From Podospora anserina (Eukaryota), in assembly GCA_017654855.1 (NCBI GenBank), contig CM030332.1:558001-622000 (forward strand): a stretch of 64,000 nt of DNA, read 5' to 3'. This document shows positions 50,329 to 61,417 of the stretch, piece by piece. Position 1 is the first letter of the stretch. Each line of letters starts with the position of its first letter. Made by a program: the position numbers and the translations under genes. A model generated the notes under the pieces. That model was not told where the DNA came from and made no database searches. It saw only the letters and a program-made list of their open reading frames with translations.

Positions 50329-51400
50329 TTATTCATTTGGCCTGGCCACCTCCCATCTTTGACGAATTTCACCAGCTTCGCAAATGTCCACTCGGCGGCG
50401 ACCATAAAACCGAAACGAGCCAACTAGGTTCTTCCATTTGCTATCCATTGGCGACCAGAAATCCCCAAGCTGGTACCATCTGGTTATCTTGACGGTGCAG
50501 CTCTCGCTGAGAATAGATCCTTCTGATGACTGTATGGGGTCGGAATCATCCGCATATGTGATCTCCACCTGGAAATCAGTGAAGCAGATGGGACACGATG
50601 TGGTATTGCGATCAGCACCTGAAAATGGCGGGAATGGGATAATCCAGACGCTTTCCAATAACGGTCGATCGGGTCGAGTACTCGCATATGAGATGGCACG
50701 GACGAATATCATATCTGCTCTCCATCACACGCATGAAAAGCCTCATTTCTCTTTCGTTCCCATACTTCGTCGATTGCGTGAAAATGCTTGTACCCTTTAC
50801 GTAAAGCTCATCGTTGATGATCTTTGCTTCCCAGGCCTGGGTTTCTTCGATCCTGTGTGGTCTGTGCAGCACTCCCGACACATTGGCTACCTCGAGGTTC
50901 AAGACCTTCACATCCGGCACATGCGACTTGCCATAGAAGTGACGATTCATAACGAGCCGATTCAAGTTGGAATTCAGATTATATCCAACCAGAGACCATA
51001 AACCAAAGGTCGTCAAAGAAACCTGACCGAACGGTGACATATATCTGATATCAGGCCGGTTGGAAATTGGGCAATAGTAAGGAGTCTTCCAGTCATACCC
51101 CCATCGGTGGGGCCTCATGCAGACAAAGCACAGCTAGAGGGGAGGACAATCTTGTTCAATCCGTCCTAGAAGCGTAATTCTAGCTTCGCCGGTCAAAAGC
51201 TCTGCGGGTGACTGTAGGAGGTAACTGCAATAAAAATACTGGCAGGTCAAGACGAATGAGACGACGGATTCAGGAGGGAGATTCTCTAGAATCATGTAGA
51301 TGAGTTCTGCGGGTAGTTCAAAACCGGGCGGAGACACCAGGGTTTGCCCTCTCCATAGGCGTGACGGAAGAAGTCGTCGAAAGGAAGTGGCCGGGGCCAT
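50329..51400 (-). pseudogene. F-box-like gene with a premature stop and a frameshift
   Basis: ELPAELIYMILENLPPESVVSFVLTC F-box. TAG at 51134-51136 continues in frame as LCFVCMRPH. A frame change near 50620-50700 is needed to reach SCPICFTD..ITRWYQLG. Confidence 0.65.
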
Positions 51401-52174
51401 GATGAATCCAAGCTACCACTGCAGGTGGGTGAAGAGAATGTCCAGAGAGTGAATGTGGTGCAAAAAACTGTTCATAGGGGCCAAGGCGTTATCAGTGCAA
51501 ATAGGATGGCCCTAAAGAAGCCACAAAGCCCTTGTTTCTATCAAAGTTTCACTGAGCAAATGCTTATTTCGAGATCACGCGGAGTGCTGCCAGCTGCCAT
51601 CTCCTCGAGGGCGAAATTCCCAAGCTGACGATGCAGGTATGCACAAGTTGGTGGTGATAGCCCCAAGAACGATGCCTCATCCAACAAGACGAAAGATTGC
51701 GGTCTAATCTATTCTAGATATTGTTTTCTGCCGTAACCTAATAAGAATGAGCATCTAACCTTTTCCTGGGCCTTCAAGTACCACTTCGATATGTTCCAAC
51801 ATAAGCTATACACATCTCAGATTTTAAGGCACGTGCCAAAAGATATTAAAGACACCTTTAGCATTCTTGTTAATACCTCATCGAAACCGATAGAGACCCA
51901 TCTAGAGATTTCATGGACGCATCTCCAAATATCTGTTTGCGGTTTGTTCTCTAGAAACGGCCATGATCTGTCATGGCAATAGACACGGACGACCTGAGAA
52001 TCCAGATTCTACGCCAGAACACCTTGACTTCACTTCGGTGTCCCGATCTCTAGCATGCACATAAATGAATCGTCGTAAGTATATATGCTTAACCATAGGT
52101 AGAGAAGATTTCTTGTACACGCTCTAAAATGTGGTATCCATCCCCTCTCCATCCATCTACCCACATAACCCCCT

Positions 52175-53944
52175 CTACTCCCCCTTCTTCTCCCTTTCCT
52201 CCCCCGTAACCCCCCCAACAGCAGAATTACTCCCCCCCACCACCACATTCCTCAAATTCCCAAAGCTCAACACCTCACTAATCCTCCCCGTCCCCGCCAT
52301 CAACATGACCAACCTCTCCACTCCACACCCCCAACCCCCTGTCGGCGGCAGCCCGCTCGCCAGCGCATAGCAAAAACTCTCATCCACCTCCACCTTCTGC
52401 CCCTCCTCCACATCCTTCTGCCTGATCTGCTCCGCAAACTTCTCCCTCTGGGCAAACGGATCGTTCTCCTCCTCGTACATGTTCGCCAGCTCCTTCCCCT
52501 TGACAAACAGCTCTGTCCTTGCCGAGACGTGCTGGTTCGTCTTGGGGCAGAGGAAGGATTTGGAAAGGGGGGACATGACGACGGGGTGGTGGGTGATGAA
52601 CAAGGGGGTGGTGAGGGACAGGGGTTCAATGTACCGCTCGGCCAGCTTGTCGAGGAGTTTGGGGAGGGGGAAGTGGTCTTGGCCCTCAAAAGGGGGGACC
52701 GAGTTTGAGTTGAGAAGCGACAAAAGGTCCGAGTGGGCGGAGGGGGTGGTCAAGTCGGGGAAGGTGAACCCCAACTTGTCTTGGAGGGTGGGGATGAATT
52801 CTGCTTGTTGAAAGGGTTGTTGGTAGATGGACAGATCGGAGATTTCGGGGAGTGAGGACAAGGTGCCGTTGGAGATGAGCTTAGCGCAGTGCTCGGCAAC
52901 GCCGCGGATGAGATCTTGGGTGATGGTGATGAGGTCCTGGAGGTTTGCGTAGGCGTGGTAGAACTCGCAGATGGTGAACTCTGGGTTGTGGGTTTGGTCG
53001 ATGCCCTCGTTGCGGAACGCCGGGCCGAGCTCAAACACGCGGTCTACACCTCCGACGACGAGACGCTTGAGCCACAGCTCAGGGGCAATGCGGAGAGTGA
53101 CATCCTTGCTCACTGCTTCAGCATGCATGGTGAATGGCCTGGCCACGGCACCGCCAGCATTGCCAGAGAGGATGGGAGTCTGAAACTCAAGGAAGTTGCG
53201 CTCATGAAAGAAGTCTCGGAGATAGCGAGTGATGTAGGACCGCAGACGAAGGGTATCTACGGTTCGACGGTTGGCCAGCATGTCAATATGACGATGCAGG
53301 GTATCTTCAACCTTCTCCGGCCGGGGCACCAAGCTCGGCGTCAAAACTTCAGGAAGCTGGGTGGCTTGGATGGAGAGCTCGCCTGTCTTGGTTCGCGTGG
53401 CCTTGCCCGTGACAGCTATTCAATGGCAACACAACAGGCGTCAGCATGCATGGCCACGCTTTCTACCCAAGATGGATATACACAGTTCACGAAGATGGGA
53501 CGCACAAATGATATCACCCCTGTTCAGCAACCGGGCTAAATTCTTCAAACCAGAACCAGTCGTACCATCGACCAGCTTCCCCAGGTTACATAGTCCTTGA
53601 ACATTCTCAAACTCGCTCCTCACATCAATAAAGACGAGCTTCGACCCGGCACGACGGACAGACTCGACCCGTCCTCGCAAGGTGACCTCCTCTTCCGCCA
53701 CAACGCCCTGCTGAATGTCCTGATACTTGGCCCGGAAGTCGGGGACGCGCATAATCTCACCACCATCATTTCGGATACGGGGATACTTGAGGACACCAGC
53801 CTGCTCCAGTTCCTGCTGCCGAGCAAGGTGGAAGGAGCAACGCTGCGACAGCTGAGCGCGGCGGAGGTGCGGGAACGCCACCGCGTGAGGGACTGGTACC
53901 CGGGCGTACGGCCGCAGGAACTGGAGACTCGGTGATGGTCTCAT
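52175..53944 (-). CDS. MSK1: Mitochondrial lysyl-tRNA synthetase (class II); intron 53416-53505
   Basis: Arg-rich presequence, OB-fold GRVESVRRAGSKLVFID, GGAVARPF, LRIAPELWLKRL, FRNEGID..HNPEFT, GLPPTGGWGCGVERL. Confidence 0.94.
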
Positions 53945-54552
53945 CGCATCATTTCTATTGAGTGTCTGTCAGCTGTTGTCCTGACAAGAAAATCCAGACA
54001 GAAGACAGGTAACAGTGGAAGAATGTCAGAAAATTGGCATTTGTGATCAACCACGCCGAAGCGTGTCAGTCGCAACGGTTCTAAGGTTTATGCAGGTTCA
54101 TCATATTGCTATAAAATCCAAGGGGCAGAAAAAATCCATACTTACAATTTACCTGTTTCACACCAACAAACCGGGAACTCTGCTTGTTCCCAACGACGCT
54201 GATGTTGTTGTCCAAAAGCAAAAGGAAAAGACCGCTTCCTCAAAAATATTTTTTGGAGCTCCCATGATTTTAACACATGCCGCACCCCTCCACCAGAGCT
54301 GAGCTCTAACCAATCACCTCTCTCTCTGATAGGAACCCTCCACGCTTATCTAAAGAACCAACTCTTGGCATGACGAAGTGTTGGAACCCGCAAGCCAGCC
54401 AGCAGCCGCATCGGTTTTTTTGTTTGCCAGAAACCAACATCCATGCAAGCCTCTTGAACCCTCCTCTTTTGACATTCCCATATCGCGATACCATCAACCG
54501 ACCCCTTCTCCTTCTTAACCCCATAACAACCAACCCCCAAATACCACCCAAA

Positions 54553-54888
54553 ATGTTCGGATTCGGCCAACCCAAGCTCTCCTCCGAGGAGAAGATCGCC
54601 GCCGTCGAGAACGAGATCAAGGTCATGACCGAGATGCAGACCCGGTATTTACCAGCCCCCCCTAGTATTTCCCCATCCCCCCCTTTTACTGACCATGTTT
54701 CTGCATATAGCATGGCCAAGATCTGCTCCCAAAAGTGCCTCGACTCTACATACCGGGAAGGCGAGCTCTCCAAGGGCGAGGCCTCGTGCCTCGACCGGTG
54801 CAGCGCCAAGTTCTTCGAGGCGCACACCACCATCTCGGAGCAACTCCAAAAGGAGCAGGCCGCCAAGGGTGGCATGATGGGGCGGTAA
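54553..54888 (+). CDS. TIM10: Small Tim chaperone Tim10; in-frame intron 54645-54710
   Basis: Twin CX3C motifs CSQKC and CLDRC, YREGELSKGE, EKIAAVENE. Confidence 0.93.
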   Translation: MFGFGQPKLSSEEKIAAVENEIKVMTEMQTRYLPAPPSISPSPPFTDHVSAYSMAKICSQKCLDSTYREGELSKGEASCLDRCSAKFFEAHTTISEQLQKEQAAKGGMMGR

Positions 54889-55348
54889 ATAGTAGGAGAA
54901 GGAAAAGGGAGCTTGTAAGAGTAGGAGGTCGTCGACAGCATAAAAATATTTGGCGAGGGGGATTAGAGCTTATGGGAATGGGATACCACTTATGAATGCC
55001 GTTTCAATGAGGAGAGCAGGATTTTCGTAAACGTGGGAGTGTACATTATGACCGAATGGATGGATTACTAGGGGTTGGTTGGGTCCGGCGTGTCCAGATT
55101 ATAGAGGGGTTCTTGCGCTGTTGCTTTTCAATAATGACATCGCTTCTCTGTCTGTTTGGTTTCCGTTAAGGTTTCCTCTGATGAATTTCAATGGATGCTA
55201 GGTATGCTATCGAGGGTTCAAACCTCTCCCCATAAACGCCGTTTCAGTGGCTCAATGCTGTGCTCCCAAACTCCTGGCTGCCTGTCCAAACAAGACATTT
55301 ATACAAGTCATCCCAAAATTCAACACTCCCCAAATACCCTTGTCCCCA

Positions 55349-58133
55349 TCACCTGGACCTTGCTCTAGTGATATTCGGCCCCGAACCAATACCCGTCAGC
55401 GTTCGAACAAGACAATGCGCCCAACTCTCCGTTTCTAATGCAGCCTTGAGCTCTTCCGCCCTGCGCTCAAGATCCTCGACCTGCGCTTCAAACTGCGCCA
55501 CCCCATCCTCAACCTCATTCACCTTCCCGACCAGCGCGCTAATCTCATATTCGAGCTTGGCAACCAAGACCTCAACGTCCTTGACGGCTTCGGTCAGGCG
55601 TCCCCTCTCTTCTGCCACCAGCTCCCCACTGCTATGCCTTATTCGTGCGTAGGCCTCGCTGACGGCATGATAGAGAGCTTGAAGCTCCGCCTGCTGAGCG
55701 CCATACGTTGTATTCAAAATGTCAACCCCTGACAGTTTTCCTGTAACCCAATTGGCGAGGTCTTTCTGTATTTCTTGAAGCCGGTGGTATAAGGTGTAAG
55801 CCAGCTCCGCTTGAGACTGCAAAAATGCCGTCGTTGCTGGGTCCACGCCAGCGTCCGGTGGGGGCAGATCGGCCAGGCTGATGATCTCGTGCCAGCCAAG
55901 AACAGCCTCTTCAGCTTCGCTAAAAGACAAACGGCGGGGATAACGGGCGTCATTTAGTGGTCGTTGTAGAGCCTCAATGGTTGTGAAGCTGTGTCTTCGC
56001 TGAAGGAATGATAAAGGCAGATCTGAGCTCCCTTGAGCACCGAGAAATTGCTGGGGCTGAGCGTCCAAATCACCTGCCTCTGAAGCCGCGGCCGAAAATG
56101 TATTCTCTAGTACATCTTTGCGTATCTCGGCTAGCGCTTCTTTTTCCTCTGCTGCTCTGAGCAGTTCTTGGGATGATGTCGACTCAGCCCTGACACCTGT
56201 AGGATGCGTCTCACTCCCTTCTGCACTGCCGTTCAAACCAGATGGCCCTGTTTCGCCAAAATCTCGTTCCTTTGGAGCCCCGTTCGCATACTCCTCCGGT
56301 TTGACCTTCCAGCTGAATGCTTTGCCAACTGCAACCGGGCTCGTCACCGCGGCAGACGAGTGAGCTAACGTCGCTATACTGGGGCTGGAATATCCACTGA
56401 TGGCCGTGTCCGGGCTTTCGTCCTTGGAGGGCCTGCTGGCGTGGCCCCTCAAACCACCTCCAACAGCATCTCTGATTCGACCCAAACCTGATCGAGCATC
56501 GCTCACTTTTCCAGCAACACCCTTGAAAATTCCCTTTCGTAGAGCATCCCTGTCGCCGGGATTGTGACTTTCGGCTGTGATGGGGGCTGAGTTTGTAACA
56601 GGAGGTGGTGCGTATATGGCGGGGGAATCTTCCCTCTTCTTGGCCTCTAGCTCATCCTCCACTGGTGCAGACTGAGTTCTTCTGCTTCCAGACTGAGGTA
56701 CAATAGTTTCCTCTCGTAATTCTTTGCCAAATGCAGAGCCCGGAGCAGTCTCTTGCTGTGTTCTCCTTGGCTTTCCATGCCAAAGCCATTTTGGTCTTTC
56801 ACCGTAGGCCAAGTTGATGAATTTTCCCAAGTCGACCGTCTCGATATCACCAATATTGGCTTTATCTTTGCCTCCCACCATGCCAATGACAAGCTCGCCG
56901 CGTTTGCCACCAATTTCAGCGACCGTAGATTTGACCGCCCTGTGAACACCCCAACCACCATCTCCCGCGGCTGCCTTGGCTGTGGCACTGTGCAGCTTGA
57001 GCAACGTCTGGCGGTCTAGACGTCTTGTCCTCTCTATCTTGACAGATTTTTGAAAGGTCCCAATGCCCTTTTTGGTGCTTTCAAGGTCAAAAACATCCTT
57101 GGCCACTGGTGCGCCAGAGTAACTGAGCCGATTCCTCGCTCCCATCAGTGTGCCGAGCATCGCTGCCACTGTTGTAGGACCCAAAATGCCGTCTGTCGGT
57201 TCGGTATTGAAGTACTCGGAGCCAATCTCGGTCCACCAATTGTTGATTGCGGTCTCCGTCACGTCACAGAGTAGCCCATCCACGTATTCCGCATCCAGCA
57301 TGCCAAAGATGTGAAGTGCCATCTGGCACATCCTAACCAGCTCCAGAACGGCCTGAGCAAAAGGTATCTTCTCGTTCGTTTTGTATAGTTGCAGAAATTT
57401 GGCCTGCGTAGCGGGTGTTGGATCTGTGAGGGTGAGTCCTGATCTCCCTGAGCACCCTAGCCGCTTGAGATTCTCGTTCACAATGAACACTTGGCGATGC
57501 TTCTGAATGTCTCCGTCGGGCACCGCAATCACAGTAAGGGCGGAAGGAAAGCTACTGAGGTTGGTGACCATGAGCTCTCCAATGTCTGTTTCCTTTGGCC
57601 GGGCATGGTAGTGTTGGATAGCGCTAAAGTATAAGCGTAATCTCGGCGACCAATCCTTCTCTTCTCCTGGTATCTCCAGAACCCCCACGACGACCGAGTG
57701 CTTTGGATCAGCTGTGTAGGTCGCAATGACGAGGGCGGGCGATTGGCGCGAGCAAGCCCATTGTTCGACGAGGTATAGTTCGTAACCAGGGAGGACATAT
57801 TTGCGCGTAATAACTGTCACTGTTGGATCGCCTTCGAGAAATCTACAGGCGCAAGCAGAAGCAACACATCAGCAAGCAAGATCGTTAACAAGTGGTGGTT
57901 TGTGGAGCTCACTTGAAAGCTATAGGGTCCGGAAGCACGACTCGTCGGCGATTTGATGCAGGTGGAAGCGCAAGGGCAGCCTCCACTTTGGCGGCTGCGG
58001 CACCGTCTGGTGTCTCTGGCACCGCGGGCCTGGCATTCTTGTTTGAAGCTGTTCTCGCCAGCGTGATATCTTCTTCGCGATGTGCCCTGCCGTCGAGTGA
58101 GGCGGCAGGAGGAAAGGGTATTCGGATAGACAT
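55349..58133 (-). CDS. Stb2/Stb6-like Sin3-binding protein; intron 57844-57912
   Basis: VVLPDPIAFKFLE, GYELYLVEQWACSR, LMVTNLSSFPSALTVI, NENLKRLGCSGRS, DGLLCD.T, DGILGPTTVAA; C-terminal coiled coil. Confidence 0.85.
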
Positions 58134-58702
58134 GGCGTGATACGGCGGTACGGCCGTTTTAAGATCAGGACCTAGGCGGTTTGTCACAGCTGGCACAACC
58201 GCCAATATCCATGTCAAACATGGAACCAGCACAAGCTACAAGAGCTCCATCGTGGGGCCGCCTGGGGCGGTGAGGCGTTCCTCCACCCCGGAGTTTGGTG
58301 GAGAGCTTCGGTATCCGTATGCAAGCAGCCGATCGTTTGGTGAGAATGGGGCTGGCGTTTTGGTGTCGTTCAGTCAGGATAGGGGCGAAGTGGAATCGAT
58401 TGCGTGTTGAGGGACTTGCAATGCTTCGAGCGAGACCTCCTGGCTGTAGAGTTGGTGATACCTTCTCTTCTCCGTCGTTGGCATGTGATATCCGTAGAAA
58501 CGAGGCAACCAAACTTGCAGCTGAGACCAGCTGAGACCTTGCTGCTTGCAGTGTTCCAGCTTTTGAATGCTGTTCCCGAGAGGCCATGAAGGGAAGTTCC
58601 AGGTTGCCAAACACACCCCACCACGCCCACCAACTGCACTCCCCTGCCTCGCTGTGGACAAAATAACTGGCACTGCAAAAGCACTGAACCGCCTGTGCCT
58701 CA

Positions 58703-58787
58703 AAGGATATTTGATAGGTCTTAAGAATTGTTAATAGGCCTTAAAATCTAGTTTATAGACCTTAAGAAATAGCTAAAAGGACTATTT
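58703..58787. repeat. Degenerate ~21-bp tandem array (consensus ~AGGCCTTNRAGRATAGTTAAT)
   Basis: Units aggtcttaagaattgttaat, aggccttaaaatctagtttat, agaccttaagaaatagctaaa, then aggactatt. Confidence 0.6.
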
Positions 58788-59263
58788 TGTATTTTAAAAG
58801 GTGTAAATGGATAGTCATTGTGCATATTGCTGACTTGCAGTGCCAGTTATATTGTCCACATAATGCCTGCCACTTCAGGTAGTTCCTGGCCACCACATAG
58901 CGCTCGGACCAGCACCGCCAGCGGGGTGGACGTCACCTGGGCGGGCAGCCCAATCCACAGCTCACGCCACTGCAGCTGCATAGAGCGGGAAGGCGTTCAA
59001 TGATTACAGATATTACGATTGATCTGGGTTATTTTATCCCGAACATCCACCGCCAGAAAGTCAACGATACACATTTCAACCGCCTCTAGTACACCTTACA
59101 GTGCCTCAATCCTTTATCAATTTGAACAAGGGTCATAGTCTCCAGGTGACGCCGTATCGCTAACCGGACTTGCGCTCTCGTCATTCCCACGCGAATCAAG
59201 CAGTCAGGCTTGCAATTGTAGTTGACAGAACCAGACACAAGCCATTCGCGGCGGCGGACGACC

Positions 59264-60630
59264 ATGGCGTCTGAGAAGCCCAAGCTGGAGGCGCTCGAAG
59301 AAGAATATGCAAAGATCAACAAACTCCCTAGACTCACGAAAGCGGTGGAGCATGTCGACAAGATCATCGAGTTGCTCAGTGCTGCTCGTGAGCAGGTAGC
59401 TTCAGGTAAGCCGAGGTTCACGCTGGCAATGAGATACGGACGAGGTAGGTATATATGCTCAGGTACTGAACAAGCACACCTCTAGCTCCCGAATCCCATA
59501 CAGCCATCACCATCACAAAACTTCAGAATCCCGTGAAGAGCGCATTCGAGGCAGTAAACGATGGGCTTAAAGGGGCAGCTGCCGCCAATAAGAAGATGGG
59601 AAAGGCTCTGGATAAGTCCTTTCCTCTGAAGCCTCTCCCAACAGACCACGATGCCATGGCAGACCACGTGTCTCTGATAAACAGGGCAATCGCCATGCAC
59701 TTGCTTAGAGAAGGCCAGTTTAAAGTGGCGTCGACATTCATCGATGAGGTTCAGTCAACGACGAAGCGAGAGAATCCGGAATATTTAGACGAGCGTATGG
59801 ACGACGGCAACTACGACGAAGCTGCGTCGACAACGTCGAGCGAGGCCTACGACCTTTCATCCCTCCACTCACAAGAGCTTCAAGAGAGCTTTGCAGGGAT
59901 GTACTACATTTTACAAGAGCTAAAAGCTAGGAACCTGATGCCTGCTATTACGTGGGCGAGGAAAAACTCGGTCGAGCTGGAGGCACGAGGGAGCAATCTT
60001 GAGTTTGAACTAAGCAGGCTGCAGTTTGTTTGGCTGTTCAAAGGACCTTCCGTCAACGGACTACCCGATGACGAGAACAATGGCCAGCGGGGTGCTCTCC
60101 AGTATGCTCGGTCAAACTTTGGCCGTTTCCAAGCACGCCATCTCAACGAGATCAACCAGCTGGCATGCTCCATGGCATTTGCGCCCAACATCGCCGAGTC
60201 CCCGTACAGACAACTGTTTGCGATTGATACTGCCTTCAGTGATGTTGCTTCCTCATTTACCCGCGAGTTCTGCAGTCTGTTGGGCCTCTCGGCCGAGTCG
60301 CCACTCTACCTAGCCGCCACCGCAGGCGCGTTGGCTCTCCCACAGCTGATGAAGTACACGCAAAAGACTCTCGCCAAGGGTACAGAATGGACAACCTCCA
60401 ACGAGATGGCCTTTGAGACACCGCTTCCCGAGAGTATGCTCTACCACAGTATTTTTGTCTGTCCAGTCTCGAAGGAACAAACGACAGACGCCAACCCACC
60501 CATGATGATACCCTGCGGACACGTTTTGGCCAAGGAGACGCTTCAGAAGCTGTGTAAGGGGGCCAGGTTCAAGTGTCCATACTGTCCGTCGGAAGGTATA
60601 CTGAAGGACGCGCGGCAAATCATTCTCTAG
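59264..60630 (+). CDS. RMD5: GID/CTLH complex RING subunit Rmd5; intron 59406-59485
   Basis: LisH INRAIAMHLLREGQF, CTLH (SNLEFELSRLQF), CRA (FTREFCSLLGLSAESPL), degenerate RING YHSIFVCPVSKEQ..PCGHVL..FKCPYCP. Confidence 0.93.
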
Positions 60631-60786
60631 GGCGATGGTGTAGTCAGGACAGCGATGATTGTTTTCATAGCGACAATGAATGTTTTTACAAAAACAAGTT
60701 CATGTTAATGTTTGTCGACAGTAGCACCCTCACCACAAAACAAATGGTAGACGAAAGTAGCTTAACCCATATTGTACTAAGAAACA

Positions 60787-60860
60787 TGCCTTGAAGGATA
60801 ATCATCAGGCCTTCGAGGATAGTTAATAGGCCTTTGAAGATATTCAAAAGGCCTATTGAT
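60787..60860. repeat. Second degenerate 21-bp tandem array, same consensus and orientation as at 58.7 kb
   Basis: Units tgccttgaaggataatcatc, aggccttcgaggatagttaat, aggcctttgaagatattcaaa, then aggcctatt. Confidence 0.6.
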
Positions 60861-60976
60861 TTACGTTTGAGGCACGGTTTATAGTATAATATCGGTTAAC
60901 TTACTTCTATGCCGATTATTTGTAGTAGTTGAAAAAAGTGTCTACAAGTCATTGTCAACCTGGAAAGAATTTATTG

Positions 60977-61130
60977 AAAAAAGCAAAAGAGTTGGGATCT
61001 GCCTCCGGTCTCGAACCCAGGCGTTGTGACCTTAATCTCTGTTAGGTGGGTATGGCTGCAGTTGGTATTTCAGGCATCCCCTCATACCACTGGGCCATTC
61101 CACCCCTCCCCAGGCGTCCCCAGGTGGAAA
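60977..61130 (-). ncRNA. Candidate RNA polymerase III transcript (type-2 promoter, not a canonical tRNA)
   Basis: TATAAA at 61154-61149, A box TGGCCCAGTGG at 61097-61087, B box GGTTCGAGACC at 61017-61007, terminator TTTTGCTTTTTT at 60988-60977. Confidence 0.55.
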
Positions 61131-61417
61131 CTCTTCTCGAACTCGACCTTTATAACCCTCGGAGAGAAGAGCGAGCTAGGGAGGAGCAAAGGGCAGGAGG
61201 GTTAGGGAAGGAGATGCGGGAAGGGGCGAGAGGAAGGGGCGAGATGGAAGAAGCAAGAGGGAAGGAGCAAAAGAGCAGGGAAGGCACGAGGGAGCAGAGT
61301 AACTTAATTCCTGATGCCAGACCCAGCAATTCCCATCTATCATGTCTCATAACTAAATATAGAACAAATCCCATCTCTAACCATGAACAAGAAATCAAAA
61401 CCGTGTATGACCTGGCC

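Noticed and set aside
61098-61148. Permuted-tRNA reading: TTCGAGA-5nt-TTCCACC upstream of GGTGGAA plus A box
   Set aside because: The spacing mimics a T loop and acceptor strand, but the T stem does not pair, no anticodon arm forms, and the segment abuts the TATA box.
61198-61207. CCCTAACCCT as a telomerase RNA template
   Set aside because: Filamentous-fungal telomerase RNAs are much longer than this ~0.8 kb intergenic space, and no supporting structure was recognised.
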